Shown here in pieces: positions 1 to 12,220 of a stretch of 64,000 bases of DNA. The notes below the pieces were generated by a model. The model ran no database searches. It was not told where the DNA came from and was given only the letters and a program-made list of their open reading frames with translations. Origin of the DNA: Candidatus Poribacteria bacterium (GTDB lineage: Bacteria; Poribacteria; WGA-4E; WGA-3G). A program made the translations under genes and the position numbers. Position 1 is the first letter of the stretch. Each line of letters begins with the position of its first letter. The stretch lies in contig CBDANF010000002.1 in the NCBI GenBank assembly GCA_965197475.1, positions 1,433,507 to 1,497,506 of the forward strand, read 5' to 3'.

Positions 1-701
1 CTCGCGAAACCATCAAAATCAGGGAATAAAATCCCTTCAGTAATACCTACTGATTTTTCCAAAGAATTGCGAATATCTTGCTTACTGTTTTTAAAGACTA
101 TACATTCTGCTCCTACTTGAATTTTTGCACCGCCAAATAGGAAAATAGATTGCTGCGCGAGCATTCGGTTATCCTGGTAATTGGGCTGCCACTGATACAG
201 TTGATACCCACTGTTTTCATCCGGTTTGAAAAAATAAGCAATCTTTTTCTCTTGTGACAATTCAGAGGTAACCGGTTGAAATGTGAGTTGAGAACTGATA
301 TCCACAGCATAGACTTTACCATGTGCGGCCCCACTGGAACCTTCTCGACAGGCCATCCAGAGCGCGACCAATGGGTTTTTTGTAAAGTCTATCAAACAGG
401 TAGCTGCTCCGCGGTGCTGAAGTTCTGCAAGTAAATCCAAATCCTTCCTGTCCCCACCGTGTCCTTGGCGCCGTGCATCTTCAAGCATCTCCTCATTGAT
501 TTTGAGAAGTTTTTCAGTGGTGCCATACTCTTACTTCCTGAAGTTACCATCTTTGTCCTTGAGACGACGGTAAGTGGACGCTTCTATTGGATATTTCACA
601 TTTGAAACACCCCGGAATACATATTCCCCATCATTGAATCGTTCTGCCCATTCTATAAAACTTTTCAACGTTCTAACACGTTTTGATTCTTTTTTCGCCA
701 T
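1..701 (-). pseudogene. FRG-domain protein interrupted by an in-frame TAA (531-533); runs off the window edge
   Basis: Manual translation from ATG 701 (GGAGG upstream): MAKKESKRVRTLKSFIEWAERFNDGEYVFRGVSN...NFRK*EYGTTE...LLAELQHRGAATCLIDFTKNPLVALWMAC. FRG and QHxGxxTxLxDF motifs lie in one frame across the stop. Confidence 0.8.
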
Positions 702-900
702 TCAATCTAAACCCTCCATAAAAAATTTTACGTTATGTTTACCATATAATGTATACCATATTTTAACGGAAAAATCAAATTTATTTTCTGTTTATCAGAC
801 AGTTAATGACACATCAATGCGATATTTCTCGTTATAAACCTTGAGTTCGCAACGAAATTTAGTCAGAAACGAAATTTCTGTTAAAATTCTCTTTTATTGA

Positions 901-1166
901 CTATAGTTTGGACAATTTACACGCTGTTCAAGTGGATTTGCTGAGAGACTGTTGGGTGTATAAAGTCAAAATGCTGGACACCTGTCGCCCCGCTGGGGCT
1001 TTGTCCGTGTGTATGTCGGCTGCTATACACATTTCGCCCCGCTAGGGCTGCCTTTGCTGAACCTATAATAGGTTTCTGTGAGTTACAACTTCGCACAAAA
1101 CTCGTAGAAAGATAGAAAACACTTGAGAACACAACATGAAACAGACAGAAATTGTCCAAACTTTAG
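901..1166. mobile_element. MITE-like element
   Basis: Terminal inverted repeats ctatagtttggacaattt / aaattgtccaaactttag, with internal cgccccgctggggct-type palindromes that recur near 61851. Confidence 0.6.
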
Positions 1167-1496
1167 TGTTTCTGTAGTAAAATGGCTAATATTATCCTCA
1201 ATTTGTGGTAGAAGGAGGAAACGTATTGACTACGTGATATTTCTCGTTATTAATCTTAAGTTAAGAATGAAATTATGTTAAAATGCTCTTTTATTGAAAA
1301 ATTAGGCAAAAAAGTTTTGCATTTAATTAAGTTTTATGTTAAACTATATTTCACGTTTTCATTGGATGGACGCGAACAGGACTTCCTCTTACACGAAAGA
1401 GACCTCGTTGAAGTGCCAAGTGAAAACGTCAAGTGAATTTTTGTATCAGATTTTCTAACTATGCTTTTTTAATTTTTATAATGAAAGGAATTACAC

Positions 1497-1865
1497 ATGA
1501 GTGAAGAAGTTATTTCACGGATAAAGAAGCGTCGCCGTGAACTTAAAATGACGCAAACCGAATTGGCAAAAGAAGCGAATTTGACACCTGCAGCTATTTC
1601 TCAATTTGAGTCGGGGACTCGAAAACCCTCATTTAATACGCTTTCCAGTTTGTCTGATGCCTTGAAGGTGACAACAGATTACCTGCTCGGCAAAAAGGAT
1701 CGAGGCTACGATGATCTATTAGCCGATCCAGCGGTTAATATAATGCTTAGGGGAATGATGGAACTTGCGGAGAAAGATAAAGAAACGCTCTATGAGTTCT
1801 ATAAATTTCTCAAGACACAATCGGAAACAGAAACATCAAGTGAAGGCTCTACTGATGCTGAGTGA
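1497..1865 (+). CDS. XRE-family HTH transcriptional regulator
   Basis: MTQTELAKEANLTPAAISQFESGTRKPS...L..ALKVTTDYLLG is a classic HTH_3 pattern. Confidence 0.9.
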   Translation: MSEEVISRIKKRRRELKMTQTELAKEANLTPAAISQFESGTRKPSFNTLSSLSDALKVTTDYLLGKKDRGYDDLLADPAVNIMLRGMMELAEKDKETLYEFYKFLKTQSETETSSEGSTDAE

Positions 1866-2724
1866 CCTTGTGCAATATGCGAAGGACAGTCCCGTAGCGA
1901 AAGCGTGGGGCATCCTTCGCGACCTCAAAATCCAAGATTTTCCGATAGACCCAAGACGTATCGCAACAGAACTCGGTATTGTGATCTGGGAACGTGATCT
2001 CCCCGTTACTTGTGACGGATGTCTGATGCGGGTTGGGGATGCGTGGGGTATTCTTATCAACGCGCGCATCCGATCGGAGACTCGGCGGAATTTTACCATT
2101 GCCCATGAAATTGGTCATTACTTGTTGGAGAGCGATGCCGCTGGTTCTTATTTGCTGAGTGAGCAGTTAAATACCGCAATTGCAGAGCAAAGTGAGAACA
2201 CTGAACAGGAGCGTCTGAAGAAACAGGCGTATCTCGTAAGTGAGCAACGGGCGAACCAATTTGCTGCGGAACTGCTAATGCCTACTCCCATCTTTTTGGC
2301 GGATTCATCCTCACATTCACAAGTAGGATTGCCAGCAATTTCCGAACTCGCTTTACAGTACGGCACATCTTTGACGAGCACAGCAATTCATTACACAAGG
2401 TTGTCCGAACTTGTTTGCGCGATTGTGTTTTCAGAGGAAGGTGTCATTCGGTACTTCGCGTATTCCGATGGGTTTCGCGAGAATAGGGACTGCTATCTGA
2501 TTAATGGGCAACCGCTGCATCCGGAGGCATTAGCATCTCGGTTCACTAATAAACCTCGTGTTGGTGAATTGGTGGATGAAGTGCCGCTAAATTACTGGTG
2601 CAGACCAAAAGAATACCGAATGAATGGGGGTAATTCGGCAGGTAAAAATTATAAGATTATTGAGCATTCAAGGCGAACTCCGCGCACAAAACAGGTGGTA
2701 ACTTTTCTCCGCCTTCCTTGCTGA
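1855..2724 (+). CDS. ImmA/IrrE-family metallopeptidase
   Basis: RRNFTIAHEIGH (HExxH) and EQRANQFAAELLMP; probable start is ATG 1855, overlapping the XRE stop. Confidence 0.88.
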   Translation: MLSDLVQYAKDSPVAKAWGILRDLKIQDFPIDPRRIATELGIVIWERDLPVTCDGCLMRVGDAWGILINARIRSETRRNFTIAHEIGHYLLESDAAGSYLLSEQLNTAIAEQSENTEQERLKKQAYLVSEQRANQFAAELLMPTPIFLADSSSHSQVGLPAISELALQYGTSLTSTAIHYTRLSELVCAIVFSEEGVIRYFAYSDGFRENRDCYLINGQPLHPEALASRFTNKPRVGELVDEVPLNYWCRPKEYRMNGGNSAGKNYKIIEHSRRTPRTKQVVTFLRLPC

Positions 2725-2747
2725 TTATCTGAAATTGTGTTATGGGC

Positions 2748-2846
2748 AGGACTTACGCAGATTGAGCAGAAAAAGTCGTTAATTCGGTATTTTAACCCCT
2801 AAATCTCCCTTATCAAGGGGACTTTTGAACCTATTGCGTAAGTCCT
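2748..2846. mobile_element. AGGACTTACGCA-type MITE, copy 1
   Basis: Inverted ends aggacttacgca / tgcgtaagtcct and an internal cccct..aagggg hairpin; near-identical copies at 20260-20377 and 21993-22110. Confidence 0.75.
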
Positions 2847-2890
2847 AATGGGTTAAGATATATCTTTTAGAATCAAAATTTAACTTTAAT

Positions 2891-3250
2891 TCAAGACTTA
2901 CCTGATACGGATTCATTGCGTACAATTTCCGCAATTTGCAAAGTTACATTAGGCAATTCTGTAATAACAATATTCCACACAATTTCAATATCTACGCCAA
3001 AATAATGATGAATAAGCCTGTCTCTGATGCCAGCTATACTTTTCCAAGGTACATTTGGATATCGGTCACGAAATTCCATAGCGAAATTTTTAACTGCTTC
3101 GCCAATAACTTCAAGATTACGGATTACAGCATCTTGGGTTTTCGTATCCGTCAGAAATATTTCATACGTCATCCCATCTGTATAGACTTTGATCCGTCGT
3201 GCGGCCTCTTGAATATCGCTCAGAAATTCTGTATTTGTTCTATTAGACAT
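2891..3250 (-). CDS. hepT: HEPN/DUF86 RNase toxin (HepT-like)
   Basis: RDRLIHHY (Rx4HxY) and RNLEVIGEA; start likely ATG 3250 (MSNRT), overlapping the MNT stop. Confidence 0.85.
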   Translation of the reverse strand: MSNRTNTEFLSDIQEAARRIKVYTDGMTYEIFLTDTKTQDAVIRNLEVIGEAVKNFAMEFRDRYPNVPWKSIAGIRDRLIHHYFGVDIEIVWNIVITELPNVTLQIAEIVRNESVSGKS

Positions 3251-3550
3251 AGATGATACTCTCTCTAATTGACTGAGCAATATGTGGGTGTCGAATACTT
3301 TGGAGCGCACTTTCAGTGAGAAGATCCACCGGTTTCCCAAGAATTTCTTCAAGATAGTCAGCAAGCTCCATGAACTTGAAACCTATAGGGCGGTCAAACT
3401 CAACGACGATATCAACGTCACTTGTTGGTTTGATAGATGTTCCTTTTGCATAAGACCCAAACAAACCTATCCTCTTAACACCGTATTCTGAGGCAAGATA
3501 TTCCGAATTTTCCAACAAGATATCGGTAATTTTTTCTTTTGTCAATACCA

Positions 3551-3551
<1 letters not shown>
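3243..3551 (-). CDS. mntA: Minimal nucleotidyltransferase antitoxin (MntA-like)
   Basis: GLFGSYAKG...SDVDIVV; directly upstream of the HEPN gene. Confidence 0.85.
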
Positions 3552-5623
<2,072 letters not shown>

Positions 5624-5872
5624 TTAGAGTTTAGACCTGCCAACAGGTACTAACTCTAATGCTTCAGTGAGAGTTATTTTGGACATTGGATTCCATCCTT
5701 TTCCATGCGGATAGGTTTATCCACAAAAACGTCTTTATGGATTCCTTGGTTACAGATATGGATAAAGTTTGGGAGGAGGGCATCACAACAAAAAGACTTT
5801 TGGAGAACATAAAAGAAAAAACGCCCCTTTAGTTAGCGTTGTTCTCTTATATGTATAAGAAAACATTACATA

Positions 5873-6781
5873 TTACAAAAGACTTAGCGTCCGTTGAATT
5901 TGCCCTTCAAGATAAAGATTTCCAGTTTCTTGTGCGAGATCTAACGCTTTTTGAATATCTACTTTTACCATCTTTAAATCATTACCTAACGATATATTTG
6001 TTAGTCCACGAGCATAGTAGGATTCAGTATATTTAGGATTTATGGTAATTGCTGTATTAAAATCATGGATGGCTTCTTGATGTTTTCCCATTTTACGCAT
6101 CAGGAGACCATGCTCGTAATGATACTTAGCGTTGTTTGGATCTAATTCTATTGCTTTGTCAATGTCAGAGATACACGCTTCTGGATGTCCTAAACTGTTC
6201 TTTGCGAGTCCTCTATCATAATATACATCAGCAAAATTAGGAAGCAAACTAATAACTTTGTCATAGTCGTAAATCGCTTCAAAATATTGTCCTAAATCCT
6301 TTTTCACATTACCTCTGTTATAATACGCCATGGCATATCTTCTTTCTAATGTAATGGCTGTGTCGAAATCTTTGATAGCTTCCTCATGTTGTCCTTTTTT
6401 CCGTTTGGCAATCCCTCGGTTGAAGTAAGCCGTTGCTCTATTTGGATCTAATTCTATTGATCGGTCAAAATCCAATATCGCTTCTTCAGGACGATCCAGT
6501 TGTCCTTTAGCCACTCCGCGATAATAGTAAGCTTCTGCGTTAGTATCATCTAAATCTAATGCATCGTTAAAATCCGTAATTGCATCAAAGTGTTGCTCAA
6601 GATTTCCTTTTGCCCTACCTCTTAATATGTAACCCTCGATTAAATTTGGGTCTATTTTGAGAACCTCATTGCAATCCGAAATAACTTCTTCAAATCTATT
6701 ATCAAGATACCTTGTCTGTGCCCTATGGAGCAAGGCATCTACAGATGCTGTTTCTTCAATTTCGTTTATTGTATTTTGCAT
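5873..6781 (-). CDS. Tetratricopeptide repeat protein
   Basis: About 8 tandem 34-aa AYYNRG...EAIxDFDxAIxLDP repeats. Confidence 0.92.
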   Translation of the reverse strand: MQNTINEIEETASVDALLHRAQTRYLDNRFEEVISDCNEVLKIDPNLIEGYILRGRAKGNLEQHFDAITDFNDALDLDDTNAEAYYYRGVAKGQLDRPEEAILDFDRSIELDPNRATAYFNRGIAKRKKGQHEEAIKDFDTAITLERRYAMAYYNRGNVKKDLGQYFEAIYDYDKVISLLPNFADVYYDRGLAKNSLGHPEACISDIDKAIELDPNNAKYHYEHGLLMRKMGKHQEAIHDFNTAITINPKYTESYYARGLTNISLGNDLKMVKVDIQKALDLAQETGNLYLEGQIQRTLSLL

Positions 6782-7236
6782 TAGGAGGTTACTCCTTCGG
6801 GTTTGTATTCGTCTTCGTATTTACTCTGCTCTTCTTGATCTTTTTGGTCTAATTCTTCAAGAGGTGGTGCAGATTGTGGAATATACTGACTCATTTGTTT
6901 CTTAACAGAACGATTTTGGAGGATTAGACCACCAACTATAGTCACGAAAAGCCCAATCATTCCTGCTAGAATGTTGCTTGTTCGTTCATCAATTCTTGCT
7001 ATTTGTACCTTTAGATCTCCTATATCTTTTATTAGAGGTTCTTGAGTCTTAGTTAGTGTGTCTATACTTCCGCTAAGCTTATCCACCGTTTTGACAAGTT
7101 CCGACAAGTTCACTGTTTCAGTATACTCTATAACTGCAGAACCTTGTTTAGGCTGTTGGCTGATCGCAGGTAGGGTCACGCAAAAGACAATTAGAACTAC
7201 GAAAAGTCCGTAGAGAGTTCTACACTCTTTACGCAT
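6781..7236 (-). CDS. Hypothetical protein with signal peptide, coiled coil and transmembrane helix
   Basis: Start likely ATG 7236 (GGAG RBS); two hydrophobic segments; translationally coupled to the TPR gene. Confidence 0.65.
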   Translation of the reverse strand: MRKECRTLYGLFVVLIVFCVTLPAISQQPKQGSAVIEYTETVNLSELVKTVDKLSGSIDTLTKTQEPLIKDIGDLKVQIARIDERTSNILAGMIGLFVTIVGGLILQNRSVKKQMSQYIPQSAPPLEELDQKDQEEQSKYEDEYKPEGVTS

Positions 7237-7515
7237 TATAATACTCCTAAATGTTATCTGATGAAAGAAAAACGATACCGGTTTTACGCTTCTTGCTAAA
7301 TTATTGTAGCACATTTACAAGATATAAAAAAATGATTTGCGAAAATATATTCTAATATTGATTGGGAAAAGGTGTCCAATTGATTAACTGAATGTTAACT
7401 CATATTATAGACATTTTATGACGCTTTGCACGAAGAATGTGAAATTGCTTAACGGTTAGTATGATTTTACAGTCCTTAAACGACACAAACTGGGTCGTAA
7501 ATCAACCTATTTCCC

Positions 7516-8940
7516 TCACAATGTGTGAACGGATAAGTCGTTTGCCAGCGTTAATCGTCTCTGGCGTGTAAATGTTCGGGGGCGGGTGAATCCTTCACCG
7601 GTGGGTCCGGCGATAGTCATTGCTAAAAAGCCTTCGCCTTCCAATCCACAACATGCATAAGAGGGGGCATTAACAACAACAACACTACAATTCATCGCCT
7701 TGTGATATTGTGTGATGCGCGCAGTGTTGTTAGTATGTATCATCGCTGTGTGTCCTCGTCCGCCATCTGCTGCGAGCGTACCTTTGAGTGCTTCGTCAAA
7801 ATCACGCACCCGGACAACAGGCAAAATCGGCATAAGGTATTCGTTGATAACAAACCCATGGTCAGCTGGAACTTCCACCACAATAGCGACTGTTTGAGCG
7901 GGTGCTGAAATACCTGCTGCTTCTAATATGGTCCTTGCGTCTTTACCGATATATTCCTTGTTTGATTCTCCGTTTTCCGTAACAACTGCCTCAAGTGCCT
8001 CGCGTTGACTCGCCCCGAGTAGGTGTCCGCCGTTCCGCGTTAATTCACGGATCGTTTCGTTAGCGACAGATTCAACAACAAAAAGTGCCTTTTCGCCAAT
8101 ACAAAGCAAGTTATTGTCAAAACTCGTTCCTGCAATAACATGTCTTGCTGCTTTTGGAATATCCGCTGTTTCATCAATAATTGCTGGAGGATTGCCTGGT
8201 CCTGCGGCAATTGCTTTTTTGCCACTTGTTAATGCTGCCCGGACAACACTCTTGCCGCCAGTCGCAACGACCATTGCAATGTCGGGATGGTCCATAATTT
8301 GTTTTGCTGTACGCAGTGTAGCGTTTGCAACGGAGGTGAGTAAATTAGCAGGTCCGCCCGCCTTAACAATTCCTTCATTGATGACATGCATTGTCTCTTC
8401 AGTGCATTCACTTGCGTTCGGATGCGGACTAAACACAACAGCGTTACCCGCGGCAATCATGATAATCGCATGGTTAATAACTGTCGAAGTCGGATTAGTG
8501 GTGGGAGTAATTGAATTAATAATACCAAATGGAACATACTCAATCAATAGGGTGCCATTATCTCCGGACATCGACTCCGACAAAAGGTCTTCCATACCGG
8601 GCGACAAGTTTACAGCACCTTCATTTTTCATCACTTTGTGTTCTACGGTGCCCATTTTTGTATCTTGAACAGCCAGTTCCGCGAGTCGTTTTGCGTTTTC
8701 AAGCGAGACCTGTTTTATAGCTTCAATAATTTCACGTCTTTTGGCAAACCCAAGCTTGACGAGTGCTTCTTGTGCTGTTTTTGCTGCACCGATAGCCTCC
8801 TCAACAGTTCCGAAAACGCCTGACCGAGAAGAGGTCGTCACAGGTGTCGTAGAAGGCACGGTGACTGTTCCGTCTCGTTGCAGTGTTGTTAGGACTTGTG
8901 AAACAATCTGTTCAATCTGTTTCTCATCAATCTGTGCCAT
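7516..8940 (-). CDS. CoA-acylating aldehyde dehydrogenase (EutE/PduP family) with N-terminal BMC encapsulation peptide
   Basis: ITPTTNPTST, AGPGNPP, SFDNNLLCIGEK and IAGPTGEG motifs; amphipathic N-terminus IDEKQIEQIVSQVLTTL followed by a T/S/P linker. Confidence 0.9.
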   Translation of the reverse strand: MAQIDEKQIEQIVSQVLTTLQRDGTVTVPSTTPVTTSSRSGVFGTVEEAIGAAKTAQEALVKLGFAKRREIIEAIKQVSLENAKRLAELAVQDTKMGTVEHKVMKNEGAVNLSPGMEDLLSESMSGDNGTLLIEYVPFGIINSITPTTNPTSTVINHAIIMIAAGNAVVFSPHPNASECTEETMHVINEGIVKAGGPANLLTSVANATLRTAKQIMDHPDIAMVVATGGKSVVRAALTSGKKAIAAGPGNPPAIIDETADIPKAARHVIAGTSFDNNLLCIGEKALFVVESVANETIRELTRNGGHLLGASQREALEAVVTENGESNKEYIGKDARTILEAAGISAPAQTVAIVVEVPADHGFVINEYLMPILPVVRVRDFDEALKGTLAADGGRGHTAMIHTNNTARITQYHKAMNCSVVVVNAPSYACCGLEGEGFLAMTIAGPTGEGFTRPRTFTRQRRLTLANDLSVHTL

Positions 8941-9140
8941 TCAACCCTCCAATACCTCAAGTAGGCACGCACTTAAACTAAAGTAAATCAGTAGGTGTAG
9001 CATAAACACCGATTCGCGCTCAGAAATCAGCGCATCGCCACGGATTGCATGTTGATTCGAGGATCGTAAATATACGTTGTTTCCACGTTCCCCGTAGGCG
9101 CGATCTTTATGTCGCGCCGTGTCCAACACAAACAATGGAT

Positions 9141-9437
9141 TTACGCATCTGAATCGGCAGCGGTTTTCCCTGCCAGAATCGTTTCAACATCCGAATGTGG
9201 ACGAGGAATGACGTGTACTGATACCAATTCACCAACCGCTTTGGCAGCTTCAGCACCAGCATCTGTGGCAGCTTGCACTGCACCAACATCCCCACGGACC
9301 ATGACGGTTACAAAGCCACCGCCTACCTGTTCTTTTCCAACCAATTTCACGTTTGCGGCTTTGACCATCGTGTCGGCAGCTTCAATAGCACCGATCAACC
9401 CACGTGTTTCAACCATTCCTAATGCTTCATTGCTCAT
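9141..9437 (-). CDS. Bacterial microcompartment hexamer shell protein (BMC-H, EutM/PduA-like)
   Basis: [23 protein letters not shown]...GDVGAVQAA...HVIPRPH. Confidence 0.95.
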   Translation of the reverse strand: MSNEALGMVETRGLIGAIEAADTMVKAANVKLVGKEQVGGGFVTVMVRGDVGAVQAATDAGAEAAKAVGELVSVHVIPRPHSDVETILAGKTAADSDA

Positions 9438-9662
9438 ATTATTTGCTCCTTATCTGTCTGAAAAGTAGAATGCAAGGCACTGCTCAATATATTACTGATG
9501 TTTTGCCTAAAAGACAGATGCAGTACCTTTAATGATAAAATATTCACATTTATATGATACTATAAATGTGTATTTTCTGCAAATCAAATTTTATTTTGGG
9601 TGCGAATATTTGGGTATGGAATGAAAAGGAGTGTTTATTGTTAAATCGAAATTTGGATTTTT

Positions 9663-10160
9663 CTATAACATTTGGCGAGTGATCGGGTATTTTCTGAGAT
9701 CCACCCTTGCTGCGTCAAAGAAATCAAGCACCTCTTTGAGCATAGAGACAAAATAGGAGGATTTATCCGTATTGCCTCTGCCTTGTTTGCTGACAAGACG
9801 CATATTGAGCGGAATGATCACCTTGCGAATCTTGCCTAATATATTTTGTCCTTTCACCGGTTGGTTCGCTTTTGTGGACCACCAGTAGTAGCAATAGGAC
9901 ACTTTCTCCGTATCTCGCTCTATGTGTGTATCATCCACACTTAGCGTGATACACCTTCGGGATCGTGTTGAAGCACTTTTTGACTCGGCATCCCGGATTT
10001 CCTATAGCGCAACAGAACATCCGATACGTACAAATAAGTGCTGCCACTGATAAAGACGGACTTCATTCAGGTGCCGATATAGGCTCGCTTTCGATATAAA
10101 CAACGCATCCGACACTTGATTTGGGTTATAGAGACCAAAAATGACACAATGAAAGCAACA
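9663..10160 (-). pseudogene. Decayed DDE transposase fragment (IS4/IS701-like)
   Basis: Broken frames give FGLYNPNQVSDAL...TLSVDDTHIER...WWSTKANQPVKGQNILG with an internal stop; homologous DNA at about 62150-62210. Confidence 0.6.
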
Positions 10161-10270
10161 TTATGGTTTGACCACTCGTTCTTTCAAGATGCGAAAACGA
10201 GAAGAAAGAAGTTGTTGAAAAAAGACTGTTGATTTGATAAGCTGAGTTTGCATGAGATATTCTCCTAATA

Positions 10271-10479
10271 TAACCCAAGTTGCTACCTTTTGAAAATCAA
10301 TCAATTCTCTTATCGTTGGGGTGTTTAATCTTCCGCTCCAGCGGAGCGATATGTTTATAGAAAAAGTTAGTCCTTTCTTCCGCTCCAGCGGAGCGGTATG
10401 TCCAGTAACTGTGAGTAGCACTTATCTGAAAATTCTGTGTAGATGACGTTTTCATGTTAGTAGGTGGCAACTTGGGTTA
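10271..10479. mobile_element. MITE-like element
   Basis: 18-bp inverted ends taacccaagttgctacct / aggtggcaacttgggtta (1 mismatch) enclosing two cgctccagcggagcg palindromes. Confidence 0.7.
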
Positions 10480-10814
10480 ATATACTATAGTGTTTTGATA
10501 ATTAGGATGATATCTCATGCGATAAAACTCAAGTTAAATTTAAAAGTCAAAACGCATTTTCATATTGTAATATCCTGTTTGTAGTGATTATCATTAGGGG
10601 CCAAACAATTGTGAGAAATATCAAGTATATAATTTATTAGGTAAGGATACCATTTTTATAAATACTTCACAAGACCCCACTCAATTCATTTTTATGCCAA
10701 AAACTTTACACACCCGTTCGTGCAAAAACGCTTTGAATTCCTGCTGAATTTTGGTATAATGTAGGCATTAACTGGTATGGAAAATCCAATTTGGCGTGCT
10801 GAGAGAACACTATC

Positions 10815-12188
10815 ATGGATCCACTCAAAATTGACTTTGACAAAGGCACCCTCATCCTACAGAACGTCCCAGAAGCACTCCAAACACAATTACCGGACAT
10901 CCGTTGGGACGAACGTACCCTCACCTATCGCGCCCCTGCTTACCGTTATCGCCATATTGTCTCACAGCTGTGTGCACACGACATTTCATATCAAGATACA
11001 GCACGACAATTCACAGTCACACCCTTTACCAACCAAAAAACGGTATCACCCTACCCTTATCAGTCTGAAGCAATTGACGCATGGCATGCCAACGGCAAGC
11101 GCGGTGTTATCAGTCTCCCGACAGGTGCAGGTAAAACTTTCATCGCAATTCTGCTCATTGCAGAAACGCAACGTCCAACGCTTGTGCATGTGCCGACCAT
11201 TGATTTAATGCATCAATGGTACGAAGTGCTGAAAGAACATTTTGGACAAGAGGTAGGGCTTTATGGCGGCGGACAACACGAATTACAAGACCTCACCGTG
11301 ACAACCTATCAATCTGCTGTCATGCATGCCCCGCACTACGGGAATCGGTTTGGTTTCGCCATTTTCGATGAATGCCACCATCTACCGGGAGACCAATATC
11401 AATACGCAGCGATCAGTAGCATTGCGCCTTTCCGTTTGGGGTTGACGGCTACCCCCGAACGTGTTGATGGAAAAGAGAGCAGGCTTTATGCCCTTGTCGG
11501 TGAATGTTGTTATGAGGCGAAGGTGCAGGAACTCTCTGGGAAAACGCTTTCACCATATCGTGTCGTCACGATTGCGGTTGATATGAAAGATACGGAACGG
11601 GTTCAATATGAGGAAGCAAGACGCACCTACTTAAACTTTCTGAAGCAAGCGAAAATCAATATGGGAACATCACGCGGATGGCAAACATTTTTGTGGAAAT
11701 CCTCACAATCGGAAGTGGGACGCGCCGCTTTCAAAGCATATCTTACACAGAAGCAGCTCAGTTTCGCCTCCACCGCAAAACAGGAATGGGTGTGGAAACT
11801 AATTCAACGGCATCAAGGTGACCGAATCCTAATATTTACACAGGATAACGACACAGCGTATCAGCTCGGCACACGCTTTTTCCTGCCGGTCCTAACGCAT
11901 CAGACGAAACTGAAAGAACGAAACACTTTTTTGAACGGATTTCGCGATGGCACCTATTCTATCCTTGTCACCTCAAAAGTGCTGAATGAGGGGGTGGATG
12001 TGCCAGAAGCGAATGTCGCTATTATCGTTTCGGGAAGTGGCAGTGTCAGAGAGCATGTGCAACGGTTAGGGCGTATTCTCCGTAAGCAGGAAGGCAAACA
12101 GGCGGTACTTTACGAACTCATTTCCAAACAGACCAGCGAACACTTTGTCAACAAGCGGCGAAGACAACACCACGCATACCAAAAATAA
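10815..12188 (+). CDS. XPB/Rad25-like superfamily 2 helicase
   Basis: LPTGAGKT, DECHH, GLTATPER, LNEGVDVP and QRLGRILR motifs; short N-terminal WD.R...YRAPA domain. Confidence 0.88.
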   Translation: MDPLKIDFDKGTLILQNVPEALQTQLPDIRWDERTLTYRAPAYRYRHIVSQLCAHDISYQDTARQFTVTPFTNQKTVSPYPYQSEAIDAWHANGKRGVISLPTGAGKTFIAILLIAETQRPTLVHVPTIDLMHQWYEVLKEHFGQEVGLYGGGQHELQDLTVTTYQSAVMHAPHYGNRFGFAIFDECHHLPGDQYQYAAISSIAPFRLGLTATPERVDGKESRLYALVGECCYEAKVQELSGKTLSPYRVVTIAVDMKDTERVQYEEARRTYLNFLKQAKINMGTSRGWQTFLWKSSQSEVGRAAFKAYLTQKQLSFASTAKQEWVWKLIQRHQGDRILIFTQDNDTAYQLGTRFFLPVLTHQTKLKERNTFLNGFRDGTYSILVTSKVLNEGVDVPEANVAIIVSGSGSVREHVQRLGRILRKQEGKQAVLYELISKQTSEHFVNKRRRQHHAYQK

Positions 12189-12220
12189 AGTAGGCACACA
12201 CTTTGTGCTGTCAAACCATT

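Noticed and set aside
531-533. Recoded stop in the FRG gene
   Set aside because: The codon is TAA, not TGA or TAG; a nonsense mutation or base error is more likely
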